A stretch of DNA of 64,000 bases from Eubacteriales bacterium. GTDB lineage: Bacteria; Bacillota; Clostridia; Oscillospirales; CAG-272. Shown one piece after another: positions 49,683 through 60,011 of the stretch. The stretch lies in the NCBI GenBank assembly GCA_045127455.1, contig JBGVQK010000074.1:6431-70430 (forward strand). The letters run 5' to 3'. Numbering within the stretch: the stretch's first letter is position 1; each line of letters begins with the position of its first letter. A program made the translations under genes and the position numbers. The notes under the pieces are model-generated. The model saw only the letters and a program-made list of their open reading frames with translations. It did not search any database and was not told where the DNA came from.

Positions 49683-50156
49683 TCAAAGGTCGTTGAATTT
49701 ACGACCGTACATATAACCGCCAAAAATAGCGGCAGAATAAAAAATTGCAAATAGTAGTGCATAGGGGAAGGGCTGGAAAAAAGTATATTCAACTATGCTT
49801 TCGACACCTGTCACGCCATTGCAAAAAGATGCGGTGGTTGTCAATACAAGAAAGGGATTGGGGAAAAGAGAGCCGATCAATGCCCACAGAATAGTCGGAG
49901 AAACGGAGTACAAGATGATTTTTTTGGGGGGCGCTACGCGAAACTCTCTTTTTCTTCCTTCCCATTTGAAAAAGAAGAAAAGCGTGATCATCGTTCCAAC
50001 GCCGCCAATGATCCCAAAAAGTATGTTTTCGGTATTTCTTGGAACGCTATTAGCACGAATGATATACAATGGGATGGATCCGATCAAAAAGCCAACCCAA
50101 GCAGCGCCCCAAACCTTGAGCAAATTTAAGCTGATGGCGGTTAAATGTTTTTTCAT
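49683..50156 (-). CDS. Hypothetical membrane protein (about 4 TM)
   Basis: Hydrophobic ORF with GAGGA RBS. Confidence 0.7.
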   Translation of the reverse strand: MKKHLTAISLNLLKVWGAAWVGFLIGSIPLYIIRANSVPRNTENILFGIIGGVGTMITLFFFFKWEGRKREFRVAPPKKIILYSVSPTILWALIGSLFPNPFLVLTTTASFCNGVTGVESIVEYTFFQPFPYALLFAIFYSAAIFGGYMYGRKFNDL

Positions 50157-50351
50157 GAAAATTCCTCTTTGCAATGAATTACCTTTATTATATCAAACAA
50201 AATCCAAAAATGCAACCAAAAACCAAATTTTTTACCATATTTTCTCGCATATATTGACATTTTTCGTCTTTGGTGTATAATGAAGGGGACGTGCAAAACA
50301 ATATAAAAGCGACCTCGGTCTGCCGGGTCGCAATTATATTCAAATATTCAA

Positions 50352-50585
50352 TTATTGTTTGGTTGCGTTTTCTTCCAAGAACTTTACAACGTCGCCAACG
50401 TTTACGAATTTGAAGATGTCCTCGTCTTTGATTTCAACGCCGAACTTATCTTCGCAGATCATAATCATATCAGCAAGCTCGATAGAATTGACGCCAAGGT
50501 CGTTTGCAAGATCAGACTCGAGAGTGATCTCATCAGGGTTGAGTTGCAGCTCTTCTACGAGCAGGTTCTTCAGTGTTTCAAACAT
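50352..50585 (-). CDS. acpP: Acyl carrier protein
   Basis: Small and acidic; DLGVNSIE Ppant serine; EDKFGVEI; own TTGACA-17-TATAAT promoter and hairpin at 50309-50331. Confidence 0.85.
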   Translation of the reverse strand: MFETLKNLLVEELQLNPDEITLESDLANDLGVNSIELADMIMICEDKFGVEIKDEDIFKFVNVGDVVKFLEENATKQ

Positions 50586-50760
50586 AATCTTATGTCCTCC
50601 AACAAATTTTGTTTTTTGGGGTGAAATAGGCGCTTTTGCGCCACCTCGTATATTATACATTAAAAAGTTCATTTTGTCAAGAATTATTTTCCGTTTTTCG
50701 GCAAAAGTATGCCTTTTTCGAGCAATTTTTCTTAATTTTAGATAAAAAGGGGGTGTTTTT

Positions 50761-53019
50761 GTGCATATTTTTGGTAATAGACCGCTTGCAATTGCCTGTT
50801 GTGCCTTTGCCGCTGCGGCGGTTTTGGCGCGTTCTATGTCTGTTCTTGTTCAAAACATAATCATCAAAGCATCCGCTTTAGCACTCCTTGTCCTTATTTT
50901 TCTCTATATCAAAAAGAAAAAACGCAGCTTTTTTCTTCTGGTCTTGGTATTGCTCGCCATAACTCTCTCGCTTATCTCTTCCCATTTGTTTTTTAACGTT
51001 CGCTATCAAAATTGGCAAGATCGCATCGGTGAGGAATGTGTGGTTGAGGGCGTTGTGCTCGAGCGCAAATCGGGCAAGCCCTACCAGAGCGTGCTTGTTG
51101 CAGAGCTTTACAGCATCAACGGCAAGGCTTGCCGCGCGGATGTATATTTGCAATTTCCTTACGCGACCTCGTTGCAGGTAGGGGACTCCTTCCGTCTCTC
51201 GGGCGTGGGCGCACCCTTTGAGAACAAATACGTGGAGAACGAAGAGATCAACGCCATAAAAGACGGCGTTCTGCTTTGCATTACAAGCGAGGATATGCAA
51301 AACTGCGAGCTGATAGAGAATGCCTCATTTTCGCTTCGCGCAACGCTTTCAAAATGGAACTTTGCAGCCTCTTATTATTTAGAGCAAGCGATTGGTGGGG
51401 AAGCAGGCAAGGTTGCCGCGGCTTTGCTTTTGGGAACGCGCGATCATCTTTCGGGAGACACCACCCTTCATTTTCGGCGTGCGGGCGTTTCACACCTTTT
51501 GGCGCTCAGTGGACTACACGTTTCCATTCTTATAGCCGCTCTTGAATTGCTTTTGCGCACGCTTTCGTGTCCCAAGCGCATTCGCATGATTAGCGTTTTT
51601 GTTATTTCCTTTGGCTATCTCTTCTTTACGGGCGCATCACCTTCTATTGCGCGTGCCGTTTTGATGCTTGGCGTGCTGACACTTGGCTATTATTGGAAGA
51701 CCGATTACGATTCCTTTACCTCAGTTAGTGTCGTTCTTGCGCTTTTGCTCCTTATCTCGCCCAACGCAGTGCTTGATATGGGTATGTGGCTCTCGTTTGT
51801 AGCAGCTGTCTCTATCATCATCTTTTTGCCCGCGTTTGATAGCGTGCAGGAATTTTTATACGCAAAATTGACCCTTTCGCCAAAAATCATCAAAGCCATA
51901 TCGGGTGCCATTACCGCCGTTATTGTAGGCTTTGCGGCAAATTTGGCGCTCCTTTATTTGCAGGCGAGATTTTTTGGAGAGGTTTCACTTGCATCTATCC
52001 TCGCAACTCTGGCACTTTCTGTTCCTACAACACTTTTGCTGGTCCTCTCGGTTATCACGCTCCTAATTCCGCCCATCGGCTTTGTTACGGCATTTATTGG
52101 TGATGCGATGCTTGTCATAACCGAATGGTTTTCAAATATTGAGGGCATTCTAATGCCACTAAACGACGTTTTTTCACAGATCTGCGCGCTTGCCGTGCTG
52201 CTCTCACTTATCTTTATAGCAGTAGCAAAGCTAAAGAAGGTGCAAAAGTGGTTGCTCTTACCCCTTGCTTTGTCTTTTGTAACCATTCTGACCTCTCTTT
52301 GCGTCACGTATTTGCCAAATCGCGGAACATCCTTTTCGCTTGTTCATAAAAGCGGTGGTGAGCAGATCCTCTTTACCCACAAGGGCAAAAGCGTGATGAT
52401 CGATTTTGGTGACGGAACGGCATCGGGCGGTGTCTTGATGCTTGGTATTGCAAAGGATTTGCGTTGCACCGAGCTTGATGACCTGATACTGACGCATTAT
52501 CACAATCGCGATACTTATTTTATCGCATCAATGGCGAAACGTATACGCGTTAAAACCTTACATTTGCCGCATCCCATCAACGATGCCGAAGCTGCCATTG
52601 CAAAACAGCTTCAAAAAGAGGCGGAGAGTCACGGGATCCGCGTTGTGTTCGGCACAGACGAGGTTGCGATAGACGAGCTCGAGATCCTCGCCTTTGAACA
52701 TTGCCAAATGCCAAACGACCGCCACAACGCAGTCCTTTTTAGTGTAGAAGTCAATGGAGAAATCTTTACCTACATCAACGCATCCACTCCGCAGTCGTCC
52801 ATTGCCGAAAAGATGCACAAAATGATGAACGCATCCGACTATATTGTCATTGGTGATACGGGCTTTTCAAATCCCGATAGCACCGCGGTCCCGCACCTGT
52901 GGCAGGAGCGCAAAAAGGTCTTTTTGACCGATGAAAAATTGCTTCGGTTCATTCCAAATGCCAATAATTTTTCCAATATCGTAAAGGTCGTTGACCCCAT
53001 CACCTTTTTTGTGAAATAA
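50761..53019 (+). CDS. comEC: ComEC/Rec2 competence protein
   Basis: GVSHLLALSGLHV, SPSIARA, LSFVA; C-terminal beta-lactamase-like domain. Confidence 0.88.
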   Translation: MHIFGNRPLAIACCAFAAAAVLARSMSVLVQNIIIKASALALLVLIFLYIKKKKRSFFLLVLVLLAITLSLISSHLFFNVRYQNWQDRIGEECVVEGVVLERKSGKPYQSVLVAELYSINGKACRADVYLQFPYATSLQVGDSFRLSGVGAPFENKYVENEEINAIKDGVLLCITSEDMQNCELIENASFSLRATLSKWNFAASYYLEQAIGGEAGKVAAALLLGTRDHLSGDTTLHFRRAGVSHLLALSGLHVSILIAALELLLRTLSCPKRIRMISVFVISFGYLFFTGASPSIARAVLMLGVLTLGYYWKTDYDSFTSVSVVLALLLLISPNAVLDMGMWLSFVAAVSIIIFLPAFDSVQEFLYAKLTLSPKIIKAISGAITAVIVGFAANLALLYLQARFFGEVSLASILATLALSVPTTLLLVLSVITLLIPPIGFVTAFIGDAMLVITEWFSNIEGILMPLNDVFSQICALAVLLSLIFIAVAKLKKVQKWLLLPLALSFVTILTSLCVTYLPNRGTSFSLVHKSGGEQILFTHKGKSVMIDFGDGTASGGVLMLGIAKDLRCTELDDLILTHYHNRDTYFIASMAKRIRVKTLHLPHPINDAEAAIAKQLQKEAESHGIRVVFGTDEVAIDELEILAFEHCQMPNDRHNAVLFSVEVNGEIFTYINASTPQSSIAEKMHKMMNASDYIVIGDTGFSNPDSTAVPHLWQERKKVFLTDEKLLRFIPNANNFSNIVKVVDPITFFVK

Positions 53020-53092
53020 GCCTTGTTTCTGTGTCGAAACGAGGCTTTTTTCATATACTGTCAATGTATCGAAAAAGAGATTGGAGAGCGCA

Positions 53093-53971
53093 ATGAGGAC
53101 CTTGGAGATAGCCGTTTTGGGTGGAGATAAGCGAATGGATTTTGCCGCGCGCGAGCTTGTGCGTCTGGGATACAGTGTGCGGCAGTGGGGAAGAAACGAG
53201 GATGATAACGCCTCGGTTTTTTCAAAAAACGCACGCGAATGGCTCGCAAATGCAGATGTTTTAATGCTTCCGCTGCCATCCTCTCTTGATGGCACACACC
53301 TGTGGACGCCGCTATGCAAAGCGGACGAGGGCTTGCGCATGGATACTCTGTTTTGCGCAGCTCCCGAAAAGGTGTGGCTGGTCGGGCGTTTTGGCGAGAC
53401 CTTCTGCCACCGCGCACGCGAAAAGGGAATTCGCTGCATCGACTATTTTGAAAGCGAGATCTTACAGCTAAAAAACGCACTTCCAACGGCAGAGGGGGCG
53501 ATCGAGATCGCTATGCGCGAGCTTCCCGTGGTGCTTGACGGAACAAGTGTTGCCGTTATTGGATACGGGCGTATAGGAGAGGTGCTTTCCCTTAAACTGA
53601 AAGCATTGGGAGCAAACGTTACCGTTTATGCCCGTCGCCCAGAGGTCTGCACGCATGCCGAGCTTTTAGGCTGCTTGTCAAGGCGGATCTGTGGGGAAGC
53701 TTCACTTTCTTTCGATACAAACACGCGCGTTATTTTTAACACCGTGCCAAGCCGACTCTTCAGTCGCGAAATTCTGCAAACGCTTCCGCGTGAATGCCTT
53801 ATTGTTGATCTTGCATCTCTGCCGGGCGGTGTGGATATGAGAGCGGCAGAAGAGCTTGGTATCCGTGCCGTTTGGGCAACCGCACTCCCCGGAAAATGCG
53901 CACCCGAAAGCGCGGGTATCATTCTTGGGCAAACGGTGCACTCCATTTTACATGACACCACCGTGTTTTGA
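53093..53971 (+). CDS. spoVFA: Dipicolinate synthase subunit A
   Basis: GGDKR, NALPTAEGAI, GYGRIG, DLAS.PGG, ALPGK.AP; CATATACT sporulation-type -10 upstream. Confidence 0.92.
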   Translation: MRTLEIAVLGGDKRMDFAARELVRLGYSVRQWGRNEDDNASVFSKNAREWLANADVLMLPLPSSLDGTHLWTPLCKADEGLRMDTLFCAAPEKVWLVGRFGETFCHRAREKGIRCIDYFESEILQLKNALPTAEGAIEIAMRELPVVLDGTSVAVIGYGRIGEVLSLKLKALGANVTVYARRPEVCTHAELLGCLSRRICGEASLSFDTNTRVIFNTVPSRLFSREILQTLPRECLIVDLASLPGGVDMRAAEELGIRAVWATALPGKCAPESAGIILGQTVHSILHDTTVF

Positions 53972-53999
53972 TTTTTGAGAGAGGAAACGGGTAAAACGT

Positions 54000-54560
54000 A
54001 TGCTTGGATATGCCTTGTGCGGCTCGTTTTGCACGCACGCACAATCTATAAAAGAAGTAAAAAATCTCATTGCGGCAGGTTACGAAGTGCAACCCATCGT
54101 CAGCGAAACCGTTTATACGACCGATACACGCTTTGGAACGGCAGAAAATTTGAAAAAAGAGCTCGAAGCGCTCTGCGGCCGTCCCATTATTCACACCATT
54201 CCCGATGCCGAGCCGTTGGGACCAAAAATCTCGCTTGATGCACTTATTATTGCACCTTGCACGGGAAATACGCTTGCCAAAATGGCAAACGGCATTACCG
54301 ATACAGCGGTTTGTATGGCGGCAAAGGCACATTTGCGTTGCGACAGACCAATGATCTTAGCCTTGGCATCAAATGATGCACTTTCGGCAAACCTGAAGAA
54401 CATTGCCACAATGCTCTCACGCAAGTGTGTGTATTTTGTGCCAATGCATCAGGATGATCCCGAAAAAAAGCCACACTCCCTCGTGGCAGATTTTTCGCTT
54501 CTTGTGCCAACCCTTGAGGCGGCATTTTGTGGTAAGCAATGCCGAAAACTGTTTTTATAA
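54000..54560 (+). CDS. spoVFB: Dipicolinate synthase subunit B
   Basis: GSFCT, TDTRFG, APCTGNTLAK, QDDP.KKP.SL. Confidence 0.95.
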   Translation: MLGYALCGSFCTHAQSIKEVKNLIAAGYEVQPIVSETVYTTDTRFGTAENLKKELEALCGRPIIHTIPDAEPLGPKISLDALIIAPCTGNTLAKMANGITDTAVCMAAKAHLRCDRPMILALASNDALSANLKNIATMLSRKCVYFVPMHQDDPEKKPHSLVADFSLLVPTLEAAFCGKQCRKLFL

Positions 54561-54598
54561 AATAAAAAGCACGGTGGCTTTGGGCTATCGTGCTTTTA

Positions 54599-54627
54599 GC
54601 ATATCTTTTTGTAAGATCTCATAGGTT
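54599..54627 (+). promoter_or_regulatory. Putative sigmaE promoter
   Basis: gcATA-16-CATAGGTT upstream of the spoIVFB-like gene. Confidence 0.55.
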
Positions 54628-54655
54628 GTAAAAAAATAGAAACGAGAAGAAACAA

Positions 54656-55252
54656 ATGAAACGTAAACGCTTTTTGGTGCAACCCCTCGCCATAATCTAT
54701 CTGCTTTTTATGCTAATCTGCGATAAAAGTGGTCTTGCCGCTATGAGCCTTTTGGCGGCTGCTTTGCATGAGGTGGGGCATCTTGTAGCGGCAAAAGCGA
54801 TGCACATTCCCATCGGGGCAATGCGCTTTGACATGCTCGGCGCGCGCATCGACGTCAAGGGGCGCATCCTTTCCTATGGCGAAGAATGGCTCTTGTGCGT
54901 TGCAGGACCTCTTTCAAGCCTTGTCTTTTCGCTGATCGGCTCTTTCTTTTGGTCGCACACAAGGCTCGCCATTGCTTTTTCCTGCGCCTCACTTTTGTTG
55001 GGGACACTCAACCTTTTGCCCATTCAAACCTTTGATGGCGGAAGGATGCTTGAATGTGCGCTTTCCTCTTTTGTTTCGCTAAAACGAACGAGCGACATTT
55101 TGCGCGGCTGCACGTTTTTGTTTTTGTGGTTGCTTTGGGCATTTTCTGCATACTTAATGATTAAAATTGCCGATGGAGTCTCCCTCTTTTTCTTCACGCT
55201 AACTCTCCTTGCACGATTTTTTGAAGGCAGAGAGCCGAAAAAAGGGAAATAA
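54656..55252 (+). CDS. M50 intramembrane metalloprotease, SpoIVFB-like (no CBS domain)
   Basis: HEVGH, AGP, NLLP..FDGGR. Confidence 0.85.
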   Translation: MKRKRFLVQPLAIIYLLFMLICDKSGLAAMSLLAAALHEVGHLVAAKAMHIPIGAMRFDMLGARIDVKGRILSYGEEWLLCVAGPLSSLVFSLIGSFFWSHTRLAIAFSCASLLLGTLNLLPIQTFDGGRMLECALSSFVSLKRTSDILRGCTFLFLWLLWAFSAYLMIKIADGVSLFFFTLTLLARFFEGREPKKGK

Positions 55253-55312
55253 GCCTTGTTTTTTCTCCTCAAAAATGGTATAATATAAGAAAACTAAAAT
55301 AGGAGAAACAAA

Positions 55313-56353
55313 ATGTTTTTTGCAGTTCTTTTTTCGGTTGTTTTGATCTTGTGTATCGCGGCTGTTGTTGCCACGCATTCGATCATGCAGAAAAACTTTT
55401 ACCGCGGTGAATACCCGACCTATCCCGTGGCTGAGTATTTTTACGACCACTACAAGCATGCCTATCCACGCCGAAACGTCTCTTTCTTTTCGGGCAAAAA
55501 CCGCCTGCAAGGCTACATTTATGGCGAAGAGAATACCAAGGGACTTCTTGTATTCGCGCATGGCATTCACAGCGGTCACGAGAATTATATGCAGGAGATC
55601 ATTTGGATGGTCGATTGCGGCTGGCGCGTGTTTGCATACGATGCAACAGGCTCTTGCACAAGCGAGGGCAGAGGAACGATCGGGCTTGTGCAATCTGCGC
55701 TTGATCTGGATGCTGCGCTGACGTATATTGAAAGTGACGAGACCTTGAATAAGCTTCCCATCTGCCTAATGGGGCATAGCTGGGGCGGCTATGCGGTTGC
55801 CGCAGGACTGTATTTTGATCACGGCGTAAAAGCCTCTGCAAGCATTGCGGGATACTCCGACTCCATCCAAATGATGATGCGCTTTGCGGGAGCGACTATG
55901 GGCAAGGCTACCGCACTTTTGCGTCCGTTTGCCTACCTCGAAAACGTGTTCCTGTTTGGCAAATACGCAACCTTGACAGCGGTTGATGGCATCAACCGCG
56001 CAAATATTCCTGTTATGCTGGTTCACGGAACTGCCGATGAACTTGTTCGTTATGATATTACGGGCATTGTGGCACACAAGGATGAGATCACCAATCCAAA
56101 TGTTGTCATTTATCCAATGAGCGATGAGGGGCAGGACGGACATTCGACCATCTTCCACAACCAAAAAAGCGTCAATGAGATCGCACGTATCAACGCACGC
56201 CTTGAGGAATTGAGACAAAAATACGGCAAAGATATCCCCGATGAGGAGCGCCGCGCGCTGCTCGACGATGCCGACCTCGACCTTTACAATCTCCCCAACG
56301 ATAAACTGCTTGGGGAGATTAACGAGTTTTTTGATAAATCAATTCATAAATAA
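55313..56353 (+). CDS. Membrane-anchored alpha/beta hydrolase
   Basis: HG, GHSWGG nucleophile elbow, HGTAD, GH. Confidence 0.9.
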   Translation: MFFAVLFSVVLILCIAAVVATHSIMQKNFYRGEYPTYPVAEYFYDHYKHAYPRRNVSFFSGKNRLQGYIYGEENTKGLLVFAHGIHSGHENYMQEIIWMVDCGWRVFAYDATGSCTSEGRGTIGLVQSALDLDAALTYIESDETLNKLPICLMGHSWGGYAVAAGLYFDHGVKASASIAGYSDSIQMMMRFAGATMGKATALLRPFAYLENVFLFGKYATLTAVDGINRANIPVMLVHGTADELVRYDITGIVAHKDEITNPNVVIYPMSDEGQDGHSTIFHNQKSVNEIARINARLEELRQKYGKDIPDEERRALLDDADLDLYNLPNDKLLGEINEFFDKSIHK

Positions 56354-56357
56354 CAAA

Positions 56358-56395
56358 ATCGGGAAGATTGACGGTTATTGGTCAATCTTCCCGAT
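56358..56395. terminator. Terminator between convergent genes
   Basis: ATCGGGAAGATTGAC..GTCAATCTTCCCGAT. Confidence 0.8.
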
Positions 56396-56400
56396 GTGTA

Positions 56401-59400
56401 TTAAAATCTTCTTTTTCTTTTGAACAGAGTATAGGTTATAAAGCCAATTGCTCCAACTACAACAGCAGAACCGATCACGAGTGCGGCAATTGCGCCCGCA
56501 CCGAGGGGCGGGTTTGCGGTGTTTTGCGCGGGAGGGTCTGAAGGATCTGCGGGAACGGAAGGTTCGGAAGGAATAGCAGGCTCATCCACAGGAGGTGTGG
56601 TTGGCTCATTCTTTTCAATTGCAATGCTTTGTATATCGGAGGGAGTAGTTACAGATGTGCCGATATCCTTGATCAAAATTTCGGTTGCTTTAACTTCTTC
56701 AAGGCCGATCAACACACTCGTACCGCCTGCAAAGGTCCAGGTTTTACCGCCATCAAGCGAGTATTGCATCGTATTGCTCACACCTGTCAGCCAACCGCTC
56801 GTTTTGTCAAGAACTGCCGCAGGGGTCAAAGCCTTGGGTAGATCGGCAGTCGTTATCTTGCCCGACGTGGTGTAATAAAGCGTTGCAATATCAAACACGC
56901 GCACATGCGTTTCGTTTCCGTGCATCAAAAATACGCTTCTGCCATAAAAAGCCACGCTTGGCCAAGGAGTGGGATAATCACAGTCTACCAAACTGCGAAG
57001 ATTGTGGTAACTCAATCCGTCATCCGCGGTGAGAATTACCGTCAAGGGGCGTCTATCAACACCACTTACAGAAAAATCGTTATTCCAAAAGAGCGCAATA
57101 TCACCCGTTGCAGGCAAGCGCATAACGGTATTGGTCGCACTTGGAGACTGTATTTCGGTTTTGGTAGGTTGCGCCCAAGTCAAGCCGCCGTCGGTGGAAA
57201 TTGATTGGTAAATAACACGTTCCTCGCGCGTACGCAAAGAAAGCAAAATATTTCCGTTTTGGAGCTCTGCCACAGAGGGCTCAAGAGCTGCGTGTGGGAG
57301 AGTAAGAGCATCGAGTGAGCGGTTCCAAGTCTTTCCTTCATCATCTGAATACCAAACGTAACCGATAGCACGGTCAGAACCGTAAACGTCATTCAAGGTT
57401 GCAGAATACCCAACCGGCAACAAAATGCGACCGGTGGAAAGACGCAGGACGCGATGTCCGCTGGAGAGAATTGAGTACCCCTGAGGAGCATCGGTAATGC
57501 GTTGGGGTTCACCCCAAGTGATTCCGTTATCGGTAGAACGACGAATGTAAATGTTAGCAATCTCTTTTGCTTCTTTTTCAATGTAGATAAGACCCAATTC
57601 ACCGTCCGCAAGCCAAATGTAGGTCGGGTTGAGTACGTTAAGACTGTTTTCGTTTTTGATCAAAAAGCTTTTGCCGTCACTCCATGTGTAGCCGCCGTCT
57701 GTCGAGGTAAAAGCATCCAACGAGGAATCGGATGCGTCACCGCCGCCCGAGGTGCCAACCTTGGAGGCAAATCCGTTATAAGATGCTACAAGCGTGCCGT
57801 CCGGCATTACGTAAAAGTCACCGTCAGCGCCTCTATCGGTCGATTGCATCACGTGTCCTGTGCGTACCTCTTGAGAGGAGTACGCCGAAAGACCATCTGC
57901 AAGACTCGCAAGGGAAATATTAACGTTGCCCAACGCGTGCAGTTTAAGATAACCGCATTGAATGCTATCAAATGTTAGGCGCCAAGTTTTTTCTCCGCGG
58001 CTGAGGGTTACGTTCTCAATTTTTGCATAGGTAACGTTATCGTTGCTGTAGTAAAGTGCAAACGCATCTTTGTTAAGCTCGGTAAGACCGTTGCCCGAGA
58101 GCTCAATGGCCTCGACCTGTGAGTGAATGCCAAACCAAACGCCAATGCTATCTCCCTTTGCAATCGTCAGAGGTTTTTGTACAAACACCTGTGCCATTGG
58201 TGTGGTAACAGGGAAGGCATCATTCAAAGCCACCATCGGTGTGCTTGCCATCTTCCATTGACGAGCAATGCGGCGCTCTGCGCGAATGCAAGAGGTGAGA
58301 TCAGCGAGATGAATACTGCCGGTTTCCTCGTTTTGATTTGTGTTAACTTTGATATAACGGGCAGATATACCAGAGAATTCAAATAGCACTTGACATTTGC
58401 CATCCTCGCAGATGCGATTGAAGTGGAATCCTTTGATCTCTGCCCAGGTTTTATTGTCGTTGCTCTGCCAAAGCGTAAAGTGATTGGCGCGAGATGTGAC
58501 GTTATCGTCACTATCGTAGATGCGAATGGCATTGATGATTTGCGCTTCTCCAAGATCAACACCAATGCTATTGAGGTTTGCATCTGCGTAGGCATCCTCG
58601 GTGTAGGGTTCCATTACTCCGGTAGAAGGATCATTGTCAAGGGGGCGGTAAAGGGGAGTAGAAGCAATTACTTCGGGAACGTATACTACGGGTGCACTTT
58701 CCGTACGAGAAGGCATTTGTATGATGCCATCAGAAGCATCCGACCACACATTGCTGATGGAAACGTTGCCCGCCGTCTCAAATCGTATAGCAGTAAGCGT
58801 AGAGCAGGGATTTGTATAAATAGCCATACCAACATAGGTGTTGTTTACGTATACACGTGCATAATCAACGTTACGTGCATCCGGTAAATCTATAACGATT
58901 TGCAAGGCGTCATTTGGGCGAACTGCACCTCGGGCACTGAATGGAATCCATCTGTCATCACGCCCATAGCAAAGGGTGCCATCCTCTTTGGCAGCAATAT
59001 AAAAGCTGTATGTGTTGCCTGACATTAAAGCAAATTTGAAATCTGAAAGATTGGAGATTGTAGCGGTAAAACCAAATTTTCCACTGTTGCAAGCAACTAC
59101 GGGATAGTCTGTAACACTTGCAGGTCCAATAACCTTTACATTGTCGATTAAAAAAACGTCGTTGATGCTTGCCTTATTGTTGGTGTGGAAAACAACGCGA
59201 TCAACCTTTGCAATGTTCTTATCTGCCCAAACAGAGCAAAGTTTTGTGCCGTTCAAATAGAGATCAGCCGACTCAGAATTGGCATTGGTAACGATTTTGA
59301 AGGTGTACCAAGTCTCTTTTAAAATATCGGTTTTGGGAGTTGCGATCCATTTCTTTTGCGTTTTGTGATAGTATTTCAGCGTTGCTGTATCGCCATCACC

Positions 59401-59817
59401 GTTGGGGAAGATGCCAAGGTTGACACGCTTTTGATTGGTGGCTATACCATCCTTGGAAAGTGCAAAGGCATTCGCTCCCGCAACACTTTCTAAATAATAA
59501 TCAAAGCAGATCTCTATGTCAGCGGTTGCCGCAAAGGTTTTTTGAGCAATAGTGGGGTTTTGATATTCGCTTGAATTATCCTCAATACGCATAGCGTTAC
59601 CTCCTTGTGAGTTTTTAGGAGCAGGTACTACTTTGACGCCGGCATCGGTGCGGCCAATTGGTTCAACTTCCCAACCGTAGGGTTCTTGATCGTGCACCAT
59701 ATTGTCAAAATCTTCATCGATAGCAGCAGGAATACCGTCAGCAAATACTGTTGGAAATCCTCCGGAGATGATACAAAGCACCAATATTAGTGTCAAAGGT
59801 TTTATACATCGTTTCAT
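56401..59817 (-). CDS. Large surface BNR/Asp-box (sialidase-like) protein with lectin-like modules and C-terminal TM anchor
   Basis: Signal peptide; Asp boxes STDGGYTW, STDNGITW, SDDEGKTW, STDGGLTW; F5/8-like VDLGE..WQSNDNKTW; Pro-rich linker, TM, KRKRR. Confidence 0.82.
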   Translation of the reverse strand: MKRCIKPLTLILVLCIISGGFPTVFADGIPAAIDEDFDNMVHDQEPYGWEVEPIGRTDAGVKVVPAPKNSQGGNAMRIEDNSSEYQNPTIAQKTFAATADIEICFDYYLESVAGANAFALSKDGIATNQKRVNLGIFPNGDGDTATLKYYHKTQKKWIATPKTDILKETWYTFKIVTNANSESADLYLNGTKLCSVWADKNIAKVDRVVFHTNNKASINDVFLIDNVKVIGPASVTDYPVVACNSGKFGFTATISNLSDFKFALMSGNTYSFYIAAKEDGTLCYGRDDRWIPFSARGAVRPNDALQIVIDLPDARNVDYARVYVNNTYVGMAIYTNPCSTLTAIRFETAGNVSISNVWSDASDGIIQMPSRTESAPVVYVPEVIASTPLYRPLDNDPSTGVMEPYTEDAYADANLNSIGVDLGEAQIINAIRIYDSDDNVTSRANHFTLWQSNDNKTWAEIKGFHFNRICEDGKCQVLFEFSGISARYIKVNTNQNEETGSIHLADLTSCIRAERRIARQWKMASTPMVALNDAFPVTTPMAQVFVQKPLTIAKGDSIGVWFGIHSQVEAIELSGNGLTELNKDAFALYYSNDNVTYAKIENVTLSRGEKTWRLTFDSIQCGYLKLHALGNVNISLASLADGLSAYSSQEVRTGHVMQSTDRGADGDFYVMPDGTLVASYNGFASKVGTSGGGDASDSSLDAFTSTDGGYTWSDGKSFLIKNENSLNVLNPTYIWLADGELGLIYIEKEAKEIANIYIRRSTDNGITWGEPQRITDAPQGYSILSSGHRVLRLSTGRILLPVGYSATLNDVYGSDRAIGYVWYSDDEGKTWNRSLDALTLPHAALEPSVAELQNGNILLSLRTREERVIYQSISTDGGLTWAQPTKTEIQSPSATNTVMRLPATGDIALFWNNDFSVSGVDRRPLTVILTADDGLSYHNLRSLVDCDYPTPWPSVAFYGRSVFLMHGNETHVRVFDIATLYYTTSGKITTADLPKALTPAAVLDKTSGWLTGVSNTMQYSLDGGKTWTFAGGTSVLIGLEEVKATEILIKDIGTSVTTPSDIQSIAIEKNEPTTPPVDEPAIPSEPSVPADPSDPPAQNTANPPLGAGAIAALVIGSAVVVGAIGFITYTLFKRKRRF

Positions 59818-59912
59818 TGCGGTTCCTCCCAAAATAAAGTCAAAAATTGAAGCAAAAGATTAGTTGATTTTATTATAGCACATAAAAAGAGAAAAGTAAA
59901 TAGATTATGAGG

Positions 59913-59998
59913 AGAATCTGAACTCAAACGCGTAGAGTTCCATACCGGATTTCCACCATAAAGAAACAGCGGAGCGCATTGCGCTCCGCTTGTGTGTT
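59913..59998. repeat. 86-bp structured direct repeat, copy 1
   Basis: Matches 61540-61625 with 2 mismatches; GAACTC/GAGTTC stem, TCCACCA, hairpin AGCGGAGCGC-ATT-GCGCTCCGCT. Confidence 0.93.
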
Positions 59999-60011
59999 CT
60001 TTGTAATATAA

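Noticed and set aside
59920-59958. tRNA or tmRNA gene ending in TCCACCA
   Set aside because: Only a 3'-end resemblance; no cloverleaf or matching 5' acceptor strand.
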